Below, piece by piece: positions 51,072-63,265 of a stretch of DNA of 64,000 bases (position 1 is the stretch's first letter; each line of letters opens with the position of its first letter). A program made the translations under genes and the position numbers. The notes beneath the pieces were generated by a model. That model saw nothing but the letters and a program-made list of their open reading frames with translations. It ran no database searches and was not told where the DNA came from. Origin of the DNA: Ostrea edulis (Eukaryota); contig NC_079170.1 of NCBI RefSeq assembly GCF_947568905.1, forward strand, positions 19,034,001 through 19,098,000. The letters run 5' to 3'.

Positions 51072-51717
51072 TTTTTAGCGGAGTTGCGATGAAGTCGAAC
51101 TCGGCTTATGATCTGATGAAGTGCCTTTGGGTGGGCAGGCGGGCACGCATCAACATTTCATTTCCGCACCATAGCTCTTGAGCAAATTAAAGGCTCTCAT
51201 TCAAACTTAGATGGATTGTCACCCTCAGTAAGATGAGGAAGCCTATCGATTCTGGGGTCACAAGGTCAAGGTCACTGGCTATAAATAGACTGAAATTTGG
51301 AGAAAATTTTGTTTTCCACACCATAGCTCTTGAACGAATTATAGGATCTCAATCAAACTTAGATCGATTAAGTAAGACAAGAAGCCTATCGATTCCGGGG
51401 TCACAAGGTCAAAGTCACAGTGGCTATAAATAGACTGAAATTTGGAGAAAATTTTGTTTTCTGCACTATAATTTTTTAACAAATTATAGGATCTCAATTA
51501 AACTTAGATGGATTATCGCCCTTGATGAGACAAAGAAGCCTATTTATTTTGGTCAAGGGTTAAAGGTCAAGGTTACAAAGGATTTAAGTCGGCTGAAATT
51601 TATGTACGCAAAATTTTGCTCCCTGCTTGATAATTCTTGCAAACTTTTCTGCCGGTTCCCTCTATGCCCATTCCTTGCGCAACTCGGCTTGTGCATTTCC
51701 GATGCCGGACAATTTTT
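51072..51717. mobile_element. Helentron-type element with ~150-bp internal repeats
   Basis: TTTTTAGCGGAGTT...AACTCGGCT hairpin at the left, matching AACTCGGCTT subterminal repeat at the right, about 3 internal units. Confidence 0.65.
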
Positions 51718-52509
51718 AATTTTTTTGCATTTCATTTATTTTGAGTTATTATACAATTATTTACCATTCCATTGATCCTCTACAGGACTGTAGTATACTC
51801 AGGTGACAGTTTAGCATATTGGACTACCTTTTCAAGTAATGAATCCTTAGAATTAGCTACAACTAGGATTAAACTTGAATGTATATATACAGGGGGAAAA
51901 AACTTCTTCATAACTGGAAGGCATTGATAACCATATTGATTTGAATGTTTGGGCCATAATATGTGGTCACATTTTTCATGAGAATATAAAGGGGTGAAAT
52001 TCTAGAAAACAACAACACGACTTCAGTTACTCGAGGAGCGTTGTGGCCCATGGGTCTTCCATTATCCATGTTTGCTGTTGTAACGCTTTGAAAAACAACA
52101 ACAGTTGATTTGTATCTAAAATCATGATATTATTCAGTCATTTATCCTCCTACCCTTCCAGTGCTATCTGTTCTAACTGAATTTCCACAATGTTCAACTC
52201 CCACGAGTACTTTTAAGTACTTTGATTCAAATGGGTGACAGGTCTGCAAGTTTTTTTGTTTTTATCACTCATGACGTCATAATAGGTGCTGACTGTGTAT
52301 TGCATTTCTAGTGACGGTATAAATGTTACCCTCCATTCACGTGACTGACGTAAAGCCAATCATTAGCCAGCATTTCATCAAAGCAGGATTATCGGTGGGG
52401 GTAATGGTATAGGTATTCCTTGATTCACATGTAGAGGGGTTGTATCCATACAATTTTAGTTTCTTCACCTCTGACCATTTTTATTTACACGTAGCTCATG
52501 AATAAGAAG

Positions 52510-52770
52510 ATTGATTGAATGATTACATATCTTTTTTTAAAGTCCTGCTCAATAATTTTTCAGTGAATGGAGAAGTTACCATTGTCGGTGAAAGGCTGCA
52601 AAATTTAGCGATTACGGCAATTGAGCGGGGATGAATCTTTATTGTGCCACACCTGCTGTGACACGGGGCCTCGGTTTTTGCGGTCTCACCCAAAAGGACC
52701 GCCCTATTTAGTCGCCTCTCACAACAAACAAGGGGTACCAGGACCTATTCTAAACCGGATCCCCAAGGGA
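52510..52770 (-). mobile_element. SINE with non-tRNA 5' head, copy D
   Basis: Reverse complement begins TCCCTTGGGGATCCGGTTTAGAATAGGTCC. Same body and tail as copies A-C. Confidence 0.8.
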
Positions 52771-53718
52771 CGAAGGAGAAGAAATATGGTCTGTAACTCA
52801 TGGGCATACATTGTACATGTAAGTACACTGTCTTTATTACGTCATATATTGTAGTAATACTGTGGTTATACTATATACGTACATATATACATGTTGGGGG
52901 TGAATATTTATATTATGTATTTTCTATTCTCATGGAGATATGATTATGATGTATTAATTTTATTTTATTTATGAATATCTTAAGTTTTACTGGATGAATT
53001 ATACCAAGGGGCGAATCACTCATATTCCTAGAGGGCTTAACTTATATGGAGATGAAGATGAGTACCACTTTTTTGAATTGTTCACTTTATGACGTGTATA
53101 GGAAATTACATATTTAAACAAAATACTGGTATAGGCCAAGTATGTACAAACTTCTACAATTATTGTCTACTGAAAATATCAGCGAATTAAGTAATTTAAG
53201 GAAATTCCTACAGAAAGCTGAAATACTTATATACTCATTAAATGTTAATTAAGATCTTTTTGTTAATTGTATCGATAAATATTGTTTTTGATATATATGT
53301 ATATGTAATTTACTCTTGTCATCATATGCTATGAACTAACAAAGGGATGCAGTATTCTGTCCATGCATTACTATTAGGTCGTATCAATGTAACATTTTTC
53401 CACTTTTCAGTAAACTTGACTTCTGTTTACTGTGTATGTATAGATAATTTGTATATATATAAGCCACTGAATGGGAAATGTTCAAGTTATGATATGATTA
53501 CCACTACACTGGTATAATGTGTACGCTGAATGCTGTGTCTAGAAGTTAGTACGTAAACAGTGTACGGGGGATATTGCTCAAAGTAATAAAGAAGCTAAAC
53601 CGATCATTAGATCTGTAATCGTGTTTACAGACGGTCACACGGACAAACCACTATTCATTGTACTGCATTCATGTAGAGAATTATCACATTCCAATAGCGT
53701 ACGTGTAGTCTTACACAA

Positions 53719-53782
53719 CGCAGAAAAATAATTGATTACTAATAGATATCCGCAGAAAAATGATTGATTAATAATAATAATA

Positions 53783-53817
<35 letters not shown>

Positions 53818-54091
53818 TCCACAGAAAAAATATTGATTACTAAAATATTTACGCAGAAAAATAATGATTACTAATATATATCCACAGAAAAATGATTGAT
53901 TACAAATAGATATCCGCAGAAAAATAATTGATTACTGATAAATATTCCCAGATAAATGATTGATTATTAATAGATATCCACAGAAAAATGATTGATAGAA
54001 AAATAATTGATTACTAATAGATATTCACATAAAAATAATTGATTACTAATAGATATCCACAGAAAAATAAATAATTACTAATAGATATCCC
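53719..54091. repeat. ~32-bp minisatellite (~11 units) with embedded (AGAT)n
   Basis: CGCAGAAAAATAATTGATTACTAATAGATATC at 53719, 53751 and onward. (AGAT)n at ~53783-53817. Confidence 0.9.
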
Positions 54092-55030
54092 GATTATGAG
54101 ACATGATCATTTAATGAAGAATAAAAATTCTGAGGAAAACTTTGATGAAATAGCCAATATTGTAATATATTCTACTTTTAAGAGACAAATTGTTTGTGTG
54201 AAGTAATTGGACACAATGGATGGTAGAATTTGTTTTTATTTTATTGCATATCTGGGATTGCTTTATTCAAACTTAAATCTAAAGATTTAATCCCTACTCG
54301 TGTGGAAAATTCTCGAGTGGGACTTAAAACATTAAACAAACGAATACTAAAAATTTGTGTAAGATTACTAACAACAGCACGCTGGTGTCAGGAATACAGA
54401 GACCTTGAATGCTGGTAGATATTAACGGAAACCTGGGCTGTCTAAAAAAAATTGATCCTTTTGTATTTGTTGAATTTTTTGGGGAGATGTATGTATAAAA
54501 AAAAAAAAAAAAAAAAAAAAAAATCACAACATGACAGTTGGCCGTGTATCTGCCCAGTTAATAATCCCCCGATACAGCCTGATCGATAAATAGCATTATT
54601 TCAGGGAGAGAGTTCGTATAGGCTGGAGAGCTCAATCCCAACATTTTATTAAATAAATTTTGTTTAACAAAAAATAACAGTATCGTAATCCTCCACTACT
54701 TATATCCTCACTTTTAGTCCTATGTAGTAAACATTCTTCCAAAATGTGTATTTTTCACCCACGCCATTAAAACCAGGATTTGGGCGAAACAACAATCGAT
54801 ACATGTAGCTCTGATTGCAGAGTCCTCCTTCCTACTTAGAAATGTTGAGACTTGAAAAAAATGATATAGACATTATCCATTTATCTACTTTTTAAAAAAA
54901 TCTACGATATTGTCTATCATTTTAATTTTATTTTATCATCATTATTATTATCATTTGCATTTCCATTTTTTTACTGCAATTTCACAAATTGCAGATCAGA
55001 AATAGAAATATCTTTTTTGTACACGTATTA

Positions 55031-55607
55031 AGTCCCGTTAACATACACCTTTTTACACACAGCGTGCAAATTTTACATGTACGCAAATTTGTACCGGTAT
55101 ATTTTGGTGCATATGAAAGAAGGGGGGGGGGGATTAAGTATGATTTGCACGTGAATAATATTTTTTTACTCCCTAGTGAAAAATTTACATGTACATTTAG
55201 TCAGACTAGGTGTAATTAACTTATACATACGATTAATTTTACTTTTTGGAGTAACTTCAGTCATGTGTACGCATAGCAACACATATACACAAATAACAAA
55301 TTATTGAAATTGTCTATAAAACACCGTATAATTTTCTTGAAGATTGTATCGTGTCCAGCGGCCTTCTGCTATGTTAGTGAGATCGAGTATCATTTTAAAA
55401 GCATTTGATCAAGAAATGGCAAAACTTATAGTCACATGATGAAGAAATATCTATCTCATTCATGGTCTTCAGAGTACATCCATATTGCTTGGACTTGGCT
55501 ACCTAATACTGTTTTACATACAATTTGCTAGCGCATACACCAGGAGTAAAATTTACATGTTGAAAATTTACACCTATCACAGTAAATGGGCGCATGTGAA
55601 CGGGGCT
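55031..55607. mobile_element. Probable MITE with imperfect TIRs
   Basis: AGTCCCGTTAACAT versus ATGTGAACGGGGCT. Flanks TTA/TTG. Confidence 0.4.
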
Positions 55608-56056
55608 TTGGAATTATTGCTAGTGTAAAAGATGTTAACGATATATCAAACAAACGAAGATTATTTATTAGTTTGATTAGTCTCAGTTTGAAATCATATC
55701 ACGCTATAAGCTAGCAGGAGTTATTTTTCTTTTCTTTACTAGTGAGTTCAGTTTTACTAAACACAGAGATCAAACAAAGTGATAGAATTTACTATAGACA
55801 TTCGTTAAAGAACGTTTGTGAAAAGGAAAAAAAACACACACACAAAAAAAAACAACCCGACAATATTAATGTCTTTAGGGAGTAAAGATCCCCATCACCA
55901 AATAGCCACGTGACGCGTTTGATAAATGTGTCCCTATCACCTGTTGCACAATTTGTATTTATTGTTATCACTGATAAATTATTTTGACGAGGCAAAACAT
56001 GTCAACATTAAACGTCGATCAGCATCTATGTACCTTAGAAGCATGGCATCTGAAAT

Positions 56057-56791
56057 ATGACTGTCAATTGTACAAAATATGATCCCTTTGATTCGTCTTG
56101 GGTACCTGTGTGTATCGAATTCTGTTTAGGAACCATTGGAAACATCCTGGCTCTTGTGATTTTGTGGATAAGCCGTCGACACAATGGATGGCGTCCATTC
56201 GACAAAATGTTCGCAGGACTAGCATTGGACAACCTTCTCAGCATAATGTTGACCGACCCCTTTATTTTTAAGAGGTATACTTCTGGTTCTACGTGGTCTT
56301 ATAACCAAACATTGTGTGATTTTAATTCGTTTTTATTGGTGAACAATCATTTGTCGTCCGCTTTTCTGATCTGTGCAATGTCCATAGACCAGTTCTTGAT
56401 TGCTCGCGAATTCGAAAAGGAAACCGGAAGTTCTGGAAGAAGGGAAGGTAAGCGGTATACAATTATGGTGTTCGTCCTAATGATCGTATCCGCATCGATA
56501 TCCCTTCTCTATGTCACAGGACTGAGTTCAAGCCGTCTTGTCTATCCAGAGACACGGTGCTACCTTGATTTCATCTGTAGAGAGCCTTACATCTTCACAT
56601 CACTTTCAATTTCTTTGATCTTGCTAACTGTGATATTCAATGTATTATCTATTTGGAAATTTTACAAAAATCCCTATTTACGTTCCATGGCAAGGTACAG
56701 TCGGACTGGTCGAAATCAGTGTTGTTCCAACATGAGCGTGTTTGTGGTGGTCATCTCCGTCGTGTTCTTTGTTTTATGGACGCCTTTTCTT
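56057..56791 (+). CDS. Prostanoid (EP/IP-like) rhodopsin-family GPCR, exon 1 (TM1-TM6)
   Basis: GTIGNILAL (TM1), LCDF (TM3 Cys), YPETRCYLDF (ECL2, cf. prostanoid YPGTWCF), LWTPFL (TM6). Donor CTT|gtgagt at 56791/56792 (phase 0). An intron at the end of TM6 is typical of prostanoid receptors. Confidence 0.82.
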
Positions 56792-56831
56792 GTGAGTACC
56801 ATTTTGTGTGTTCGATATGATTTAAACAGCA

Positions 56832-57801
56832 TTTTTAGGTCACCTGAATTCATTCAGGTGACCTATTGCTATCTGTTTTTGTCCGTCGTCGTTCCTCGTG
56901 CGTTAACATTTGAACATTTTCAGCTTCTTCTCTGAAACCCCTGAACCAATTTCAACCAATTTTGGCATGTAGCATCTGTGGGTGAAGGGGAACAAAAAGT
57001 GTGAAATTCGTGGTCCCTGCCCCCCTGGGGCCCGAGGGGTGGGGCAAAAACCATCAAAATGAGTGTAATTTTAAAAAATCTTCTTCTTTACTCCTGGACA
57101 TCAAGAAGCCAAACTGTGGGCGTAATTATAATGAGCGTTGAGCCCTCTACCGAAATTGTGAAATTCATGGCCCCTGGGGCAGGGGTTCTTGTGTTAGGGT
57201 GGGGCGCAATGGTTTCCGGGCTCTAAAGCATTATCCTTTCCACATACCGTCACCATATCATATATATGGACTACCCATGGGATGAAGATGTTCCCTATCG
57301 ATTTTGGGGTCAAAAGGTCAAAGGTCAAGCACACTGGACATCGAAGTAGCAATATGGTTTCCGGGCTCTAAAGTGTTATCCTTTTCACCTACAGTCACTA
57401 TATCATACATATAGACTACCCATAGGATGAAGATGTTCCCTATCGATTTTGGGGTCAAAAGGTCAAAGGTCAAGCGCACTGGACATTGAAGTAGCAATAT
57501 GGTTTCCGGGCTCTAAAGCGTTATCCTTTCCACCTACAGTCACCATATCATACATATGGACTACCCATGGGATGAAGATGTTCCCTATCGATTTTGGGGT
57601 CAAAAGGTCAAAGGTCATGCGCACTGGACATCGAAGTAGCAACACTCAGAAAAGAGGTAGTTTATACCTATTACCAACACCCTTTGGGAGATTAGGGTAA
57701 GCGGGGGGTATTCTTAGTGAGCATTGCTCACAGTACCTCTTGTTAAAAATTGTTAAATTCATGGCCCCTGGATCAGGGGTTCTGGTGCTAGGGTGGGGCT
57801 C

Positions 57802-57851
<50 letters not shown>

Positions 57852-58266
57852 GTCGTTGGGTATTAAGTAGACAAACCAATAGCATGGTTATGATGAGCAA
57901 GGATGCCTCTTTCAAAATTGTGAAATTCATGGCCGCTGGGTCAGGGGTTCTGGTATTAGGGTGGGGCCCTATTGATCATATAGTGAAAATGCATTTTATT
58001 TCTTTGAAAATCTTCTCCTCTGCTGCTGGGTATTAAGTAAACAAAATAATAGTATGATAATGATGATCAAGGATGCTTCTTTCAAAACTGAAATTTATGG
58101 CCCCTGGGTCAGGGGTTCTGGTGCAAAGGCGGGGCTGACCACATAGCTATTCAATGTTTCTTCCATCCAAAAGTAAAATTCTTATATTTAAACACAAACT
58201 TAATTCAAACATTGGAAGGTTGTTACATGATACTCAAGTGACCTATAAGGCCCCTGGGCCTCTTGT
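56832..58266. mobile_element. Helentron-type element with 168-bp (Cg170-like) satellite units, in the GPCR intron
   Basis: Left palindrome AGGTCACCTGAAT-TC-ATTCAGGTGACCT (56837-56864). Right ACTCAAGTGACCTA plus hairpin AGGCCC..GGGCCT-CTTGT. Units anchored at 57755, 57923 and 58091. Confidence 0.75.
57207..57744 (-). mobile_element. Nested truncated copy of the 145-bp-repeat element (family of 12913-13701)
   Basis: Units at 57209, 57354 and 57499. Ends ...CTCACAGTACCTCTTGTT, the reverse complement of the 12913 start. Confidence 0.8.
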
Positions 58267-58273
58267 ATAATAT

Positions 58274-58499
58274 CTTATCTTTATGAGGTACGCTTCTGGT
58301 TTTACGTGGTGTTATAGCCAAACGTTGTGTGATTTTAATTCGTTTTTATTGGTAAACAATCATTTGTCGTCCGCTTTTCTGATCTTTGCAATATCCATCG
58401 ACCAATTCTTGATTGCTCGCAAATTCGAAGAGGAAACCGGAAGTTTTGGAAGAAGGGAAGGCAAGCGGTATACAATTATGATGTTCGTCCTAATGATCG
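58274..58499 (+). pseudogene. Duplicated internal fragment of GPCR exon 1 (ECL1-TM4) inside the gene's own intron
   Basis: 58286-58498 versus 56273-56485: 16 substitutions in 213 nt (6 synonymous, 10 non-synonymous), no indels. No flanking splice sites seen. Confidence 0.85.
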
Positions 58500-58650
58500 T
58501 TTACCTTGTACCTTAAAGGAGAAAGAAGGCTTATATAGGCGTTGCCTGCTGCGTAATCCATATTATGTTATGTATAATGAAAATCATAATGGATTACGCA
58601 GCAGGCAAGACCTATATAAGCCTTCTTTCTCCTTTAAGGTACAAGGTAAA
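58500..58650. mobile_element. 151-bp near-perfect foldback element
   Basis: 62-bp arms 58500-58561 and 58589-58650 are reverse complements with 2 mismatches. Confidence 0.85.
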
Positions 58651-58886
58651 GTGTACATAATTATGCACACAAGAAATTATAATATAGATATGAAGTAAAA
58701 GGATAATAAGTCATTCCAAATATAATGATTATATAAGGCGATTTCTTGATATGAATAATAGACTAACAAAATAGAAATGTGGGGTGGTTAATTGGAAATA
58801 AACGACATACAAAAGAGAAGAAAAAATGAAATCAATTAAAATTAGTGAAAGAAAAACGAATAAGTACAACAGGAGGAAAAAAGATT

Positions 58887-59027
58887 NNNNNNNNNNNNNN
58901 NNNNNNNNNNNNNNNNNNNNNNNNNNNNNNNNNNNNNNNNNNNNNNNNNNNNNNNNNNNNNNNNNNNNNNNNNNNNNNNNNNNNNNNNNNNNNNNNNNNN
59001 NNNNNNNNNNNNNNNNNNNNNNNNNNN
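58887..59027. other. Assembly gap (141 N)
   Basis: Run of n characters. Confidence 1.
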
Positions 59028-59313
59028 AAACACCCCTCCAATGGATAAAAGAAGATTGACAACTATGAAAAAAAGACACCGATATTTCTCAGAAGGTAGG
59101 CAACTACACATACTGTTAAATTGCCATAGATACTGGGATAGTTGATATAATAATAAATATAGAATACATGTCATAGACCCAAGACATAAATAAAACATGT
59201 AGTTTAAACGATTATGCCTGGGCCTTGTGGGAATCGTAACAGTGCATGCGCATGTGCTTACATGACTTAACAAAATGATTCAACACATTGGTTTCTGTTT
59301 TGTTGCTGATGCA

Positions 59314-59445
59314 TCACGGCGGGTGTGACCGGTCGACAGGGGATGATTACTCCTCCTAGGCACCTCATCCCAACTCTGATAAATGCAGAAATTCGTGTTT
59401 GCCCAACTATCTATTTTGTATTGCTTATAGGAGTTATGAGATTAT
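59314..59445 (+). mobile_element. Penelope-like 3' UTR fragment
   Basis: TCACGGCGGGTGTGACCGGTCGACAGGGG... Confidence 0.75.
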
Positions 59446-59781
59446 CTTTAACTTTCATTCAATTCTCAATATTTATTACCCAAACTAACATTTTCTTGTT
59501 CATTATCAAGTCTAAACAGAGATACATTATATATGAATTAATGACATAAGACAAAGTTGTCTGTTCAACAAATCATATATCAAGATGGATGTAATTTTAT
59601 CGAATGAAATGTCACATTTAAACGTTTGGAAAATTTACAAGGGCAACACAAGTATCGGAGATAATTTATGATATGCGTAGCTAGTCTGGTATTTTCCGCC
59701 AAACTATAGTTAGTAGAAAATTTCGTTATCTGAAATGTACTACGACAATCTGCTTGTACTTCTTGATTACACTGTATACAA

Positions 59782-60226
59782 TATATATCTCAACTGATTC
59801 GATATGCAAGAGCTTGTTCTGCGTATGATCAGTTTTTAAATCGAGGTAAGTTACTGACAAACAAGTTGATGGTATAGGGGGTTTCAACAGTCTCGATTGA
59901 AGTCAGCATTTCGCAAACTCTATGGTCGTTATAACGATCTAGTTTGCCAATACAAGATATCATTGCGTCAAATGCTATCTGACGTGTTTCATACCGATTG
60001 TTAGGCCGTTCATGGCACATTGATTTTGACTACGGAAAACTCCGTTTACCTGATCAAGATATAGGGCTCATGGCGGGTGTGACCGGTCAACAGGGGATGC
60101 TTCCTCCTCCTAGGCACCTGATCCCACCTCTGGTGTGTCCAGGGGTCCATGTTTGCCCAATTATCTATTTTGTATTGCTTATAGGAGTTATGAGATTGAT
60201 CACTGTTCGTTATCTTCACCTTGCAT
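59782..60226 (+). mobile_element. Penelope-like thumb + 3' UTR fragment
   Basis: Colinear with ~1920-2352. Confidence 0.8.
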
Positions 60227-60349
60227 TAGGTAGGATGAAATCTACATGTTAAAGAAAAAGAATTACGCTATTTGCTAATCAGTATTACTTAGTAACAATG
60301 AGTTTACGTGTACCCGTAATAAAAGTATCTGTTCTTGTTGATTTTGCAG

Positions 60350-60541
60350 GTATTAATGATCGTACCTGAAGCACTAGACGAAGAGGTTCTACTGTGGTTT
60401 TTACGAATTGCAAACTTGAATACTGTCATAGAGCCATGGCTTTACATCTTCCTTCGACGAGAGGCATTCGGAAGAATTGTACATCGGTGTATACAAAGCC
60501 GGAGAGGATATGCACCGTTGGATTCAACTCCAGGGACCTAA
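60350..60541 (+). CDS. Prostanoid-like GPCR exon 2 (ECL3, TM7, C-tail)
   Basis: Acceptor attttgcag|GTA (phase 0). FLRIANLNTVIEPWLYIFLRR (cf. LRxASxNQILDPWVYILLR). Stop at 60539-60541. Spliced product 308 aa. Confidence 0.82.
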   Translation, partial: VLMIVPEALDEEVLLWFLRIANLNTVIEPWLYIFLRREAFGRIVHRCIQSRRGYAPLDSTPGT

Positions 60542-61417
60542 ATTGGATTTTCGTTAAAGTATATAAAAATGTCACCATCTTTATGGATGACTGAATTCAG
60601 CAGAATTTGGAGGCTTTTACTTTTTGTGCCGTCCATCCGTCCGTTAATGTCTGCTGGTGCAATACATGCAAAGATTAACATTGATTATACCCTAAAAGCT
60701 TTGAGCGGAAGAGACAAAACGCCTTTTGGCATCAGTTTGGAATCAATGCACTGGCAATTCTGGTCCAACACCATAATGTATTACTAAAACAAACTGGATG
60801 TTTCATCAGTTACAGGTTGCTAGTTATGAATGGGGTGTAATCCTTATTGCGCTGATAATACACGTACATGATTTTGTATTTATGTCTTCTTTCTATCACA
60901 TCTGTGATAGTTTACCCATTCAGAACTCCTGGTAAAACTACCAGCATTTAATTTTGCTAATACTGCCATATTTCAGGTTATTGTCAGAATTTACACACTT
61001 GCCCCTCTTCAAAATTTTGATCAACGTGTTAGTGATCGTGTGCAGTCATGTTCTATGTACGTATGTAACCGCAATTCGATGAATGTTTATATATTGTCGT
61101 ATGACCGTGCAAGTTGAACTTCGGTTTCTCAGTTATTGAAAATTTTTCTTGATTGCGACACCGTGCACATTGATGTTGACTGAAAACTCATCTATTATGA
61201 TTTACATACCTTTCAATTAGCACGAGTATACTTTGCTAGCTATTCAATAAGCATGGTTCAGTAGCAGAAATTACTAGAACGCTCCCGTCGCCTGTGGTAT
61301 CACTAGGATAATAACATTTTAGGAATGACTATAATTCTAGGGCATATTATATAACCATTTCAGAATTACGAACACATTGTGTGGTTGTGTGGACCCCCCC
61401 CCCCCCCCTCTCTCTCT

Positions 61418-61420
<3 letters not shown>

Positions 61421-61466
<46 letters not shown>
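61421..61466. repeat. (TA)n microsatellite
   Basis: Direct inspection. Confidence 0.95.
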
Positions 61467-61469
<3 letters not shown>

Positions 61470-61512
61470 GGCTCACGGCTTATAGAATGCACTTCAAGGT
61501 GGTTAGAAAAAA

Positions 61513-62234
61513 TAAGACACTAAAGTGCGATGGTCGCTCCAAAGTGCGATGGTCACACCAAAGTACGATAGTCTGCGCCAAAGTGCGATGGTTTGTTAAC
61601 GTTACGAACGCCAAAGTGCGATGGCCACGCCAAAGTCCAATTTTCAGTAACGTTTGTGACGTCACGTAATTGTGACGTCTTTCTTAACGTCTTTCAAAAT
61701 AAAACCAAAGAAATGTTCCATGGACGACAACAACAGCAATATTTACATTGTTGAGGATAGTGAGAACGGCAAAGTACATTTGTTGTCGAACTATCTTCTT
61801 CGCCCAAACATTCTTTAATTCATGATTCATGATCATTTATTACTTTGACGTACACATATTAAATTCCTGGGGGTATGCTATAATACAAAACATTCTATAC
61901 GATTTCGCGTTGAAAAAATTTGTGTTTAATAACACGACAACTAGATGGTAATGAAATAAGTTCTTATTGGTATTTTTGTGCATGGATTTTGCATTGCTAA
62001 ATTCGTGAAACAACACATGTTTGGTTCAGTCTGTACCAAAATACTGTGTCGTTTACAAACCAATGGATTTCGGCGTGTCACACCATCGCACTTTAGCGTG
62101 TCAGACCATCGCATTTTGGTGTATGAGTGAGGACCATCGTACTTTGGCGTGCCACACCATCGGGGTTTGGCGCAGACCATCGCACTTTGGCGGGATCATC
62201 GCACTTTGGAGTACCATCGCACTTTGGAGTCTTA
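61513..62234. mobile_element. MITE-like element with inverted arrays of CCAAAGTGCGATGGT subrepeats
   Basis: About 5-6 forward units at 61520-61640 and about 6 reverse units (ACCATCGCACTTTGG) at 62080-62230. TAAGAC...GTCTTA ends. Confidence 0.75.
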
Positions 62235-62274
62235 CATATATATAATGACGAAAGGAAGTTAAAGAGCAGTTACC

Positions 62275-62530
62275 AATCATAAAAAAAACACGAAGTATAG
62301 AAAATTGAGCATATGGTACCACGGAGCGCTGAAAACACCAGAATTGGGATCAGGTGGCCATGAGGAGTAAGCATTCCCTTTTGACCGGTCATATTCATTG
62401 TGAGCCTTGTATCCTGATCGGGTAAATTGAATAATCTGTAGTTAGAATTGATATGTAAAGAACGGTCTAACATATTGGTAAGAAGCACATGAGAGTCATC
62501 CGACGTATTGACAGGTTGTATTTGCAAATG
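62275..62530 (-). mobile_element. Divergent Penelope-like 3' UTR fragment
   Basis: GGGATCAGGTG...AGTAAGCATTCCC...GACCGGTCA, reverse complement of the family consensus. Confidence 0.6.
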
Positions 62531-62617
62531 TAATATCATCTATTCATTCCGACAAAGTCTGAAGTTCTTCCTCTGTGTATCTAGCTCAGAGTCTGGCATA
62601 ATCTTCGCCAGAATTGA

Positions 62618-62861
62618 TGACGTGTTTCATACGATTGTTAAGCCGTTCTTGGCACACTGATTTTGACTGCGGATAACTCCGTTTACCTGATCAGGATATA
62701 AGGCTCACGGCGGGTGTGACCGGTCAACAGGAGATGCTTACTCCTCCTAGCCACCTGATCCCACCTCTGGTGTGTCCAGGGGTCCGTGTTTGCCCAACTA
62801 TCTAATTTGTATTGCTTATAGGAGTTATGAGATTGATCACTGTTCGTTATCTTCATCTTGC
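62618..62861 (+). mobile_element. Penelope-like 3' UTR fragment
   Basis: TGACGTGTTTCAT...GTTCGTTATCTTCATCTTGC. Confidence 0.8.
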
Positions 62862-63265
62862 ACAAAAGTCCTATCAGGTATTTAAAGATCAGGACTTTCA
62901 GAGTTGTCGACATTCTAAAATGAGTGACTTCAGGTCGTCAATGTCAACTATATCTACATCACCAGTAATATGGTCTTTATCAGGTATCGTAACATTTATT
63001 TGTAATTAAAGTTTGGATGCAATAGTGTATACATATTAGCAGGAAATACAGGGTGTAAACTTGAAACATGATGGAATGCAAGAGTGAACATTTTTATGAT
63101 CAATAATGTTCCTTATTTTAACGGCATGTATTCCATTGGTGGAGAAACATCCATAATCATAGATTTCAGTCTGTATTTTTAGATTGAAATATCCAAGCAT
63201 GGGTTTGTTTTGGCTTCTTCAAATAAACTATTTGAAACATTCCAAGGAACAGAATGCAAGTATGA

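Noticed and set aside
56792-56935. C-terminal 47 aa of the track's 292-aa GPCR ORF
   Set aside because: This is read-through past the GT donor at 56792 into intron and Helentron sequence. TM7 is supplied by the exon at 60350.
58729-59273. ORFs of 67-143 aa
   Set aside because: Artefacts of the 141-N gap.
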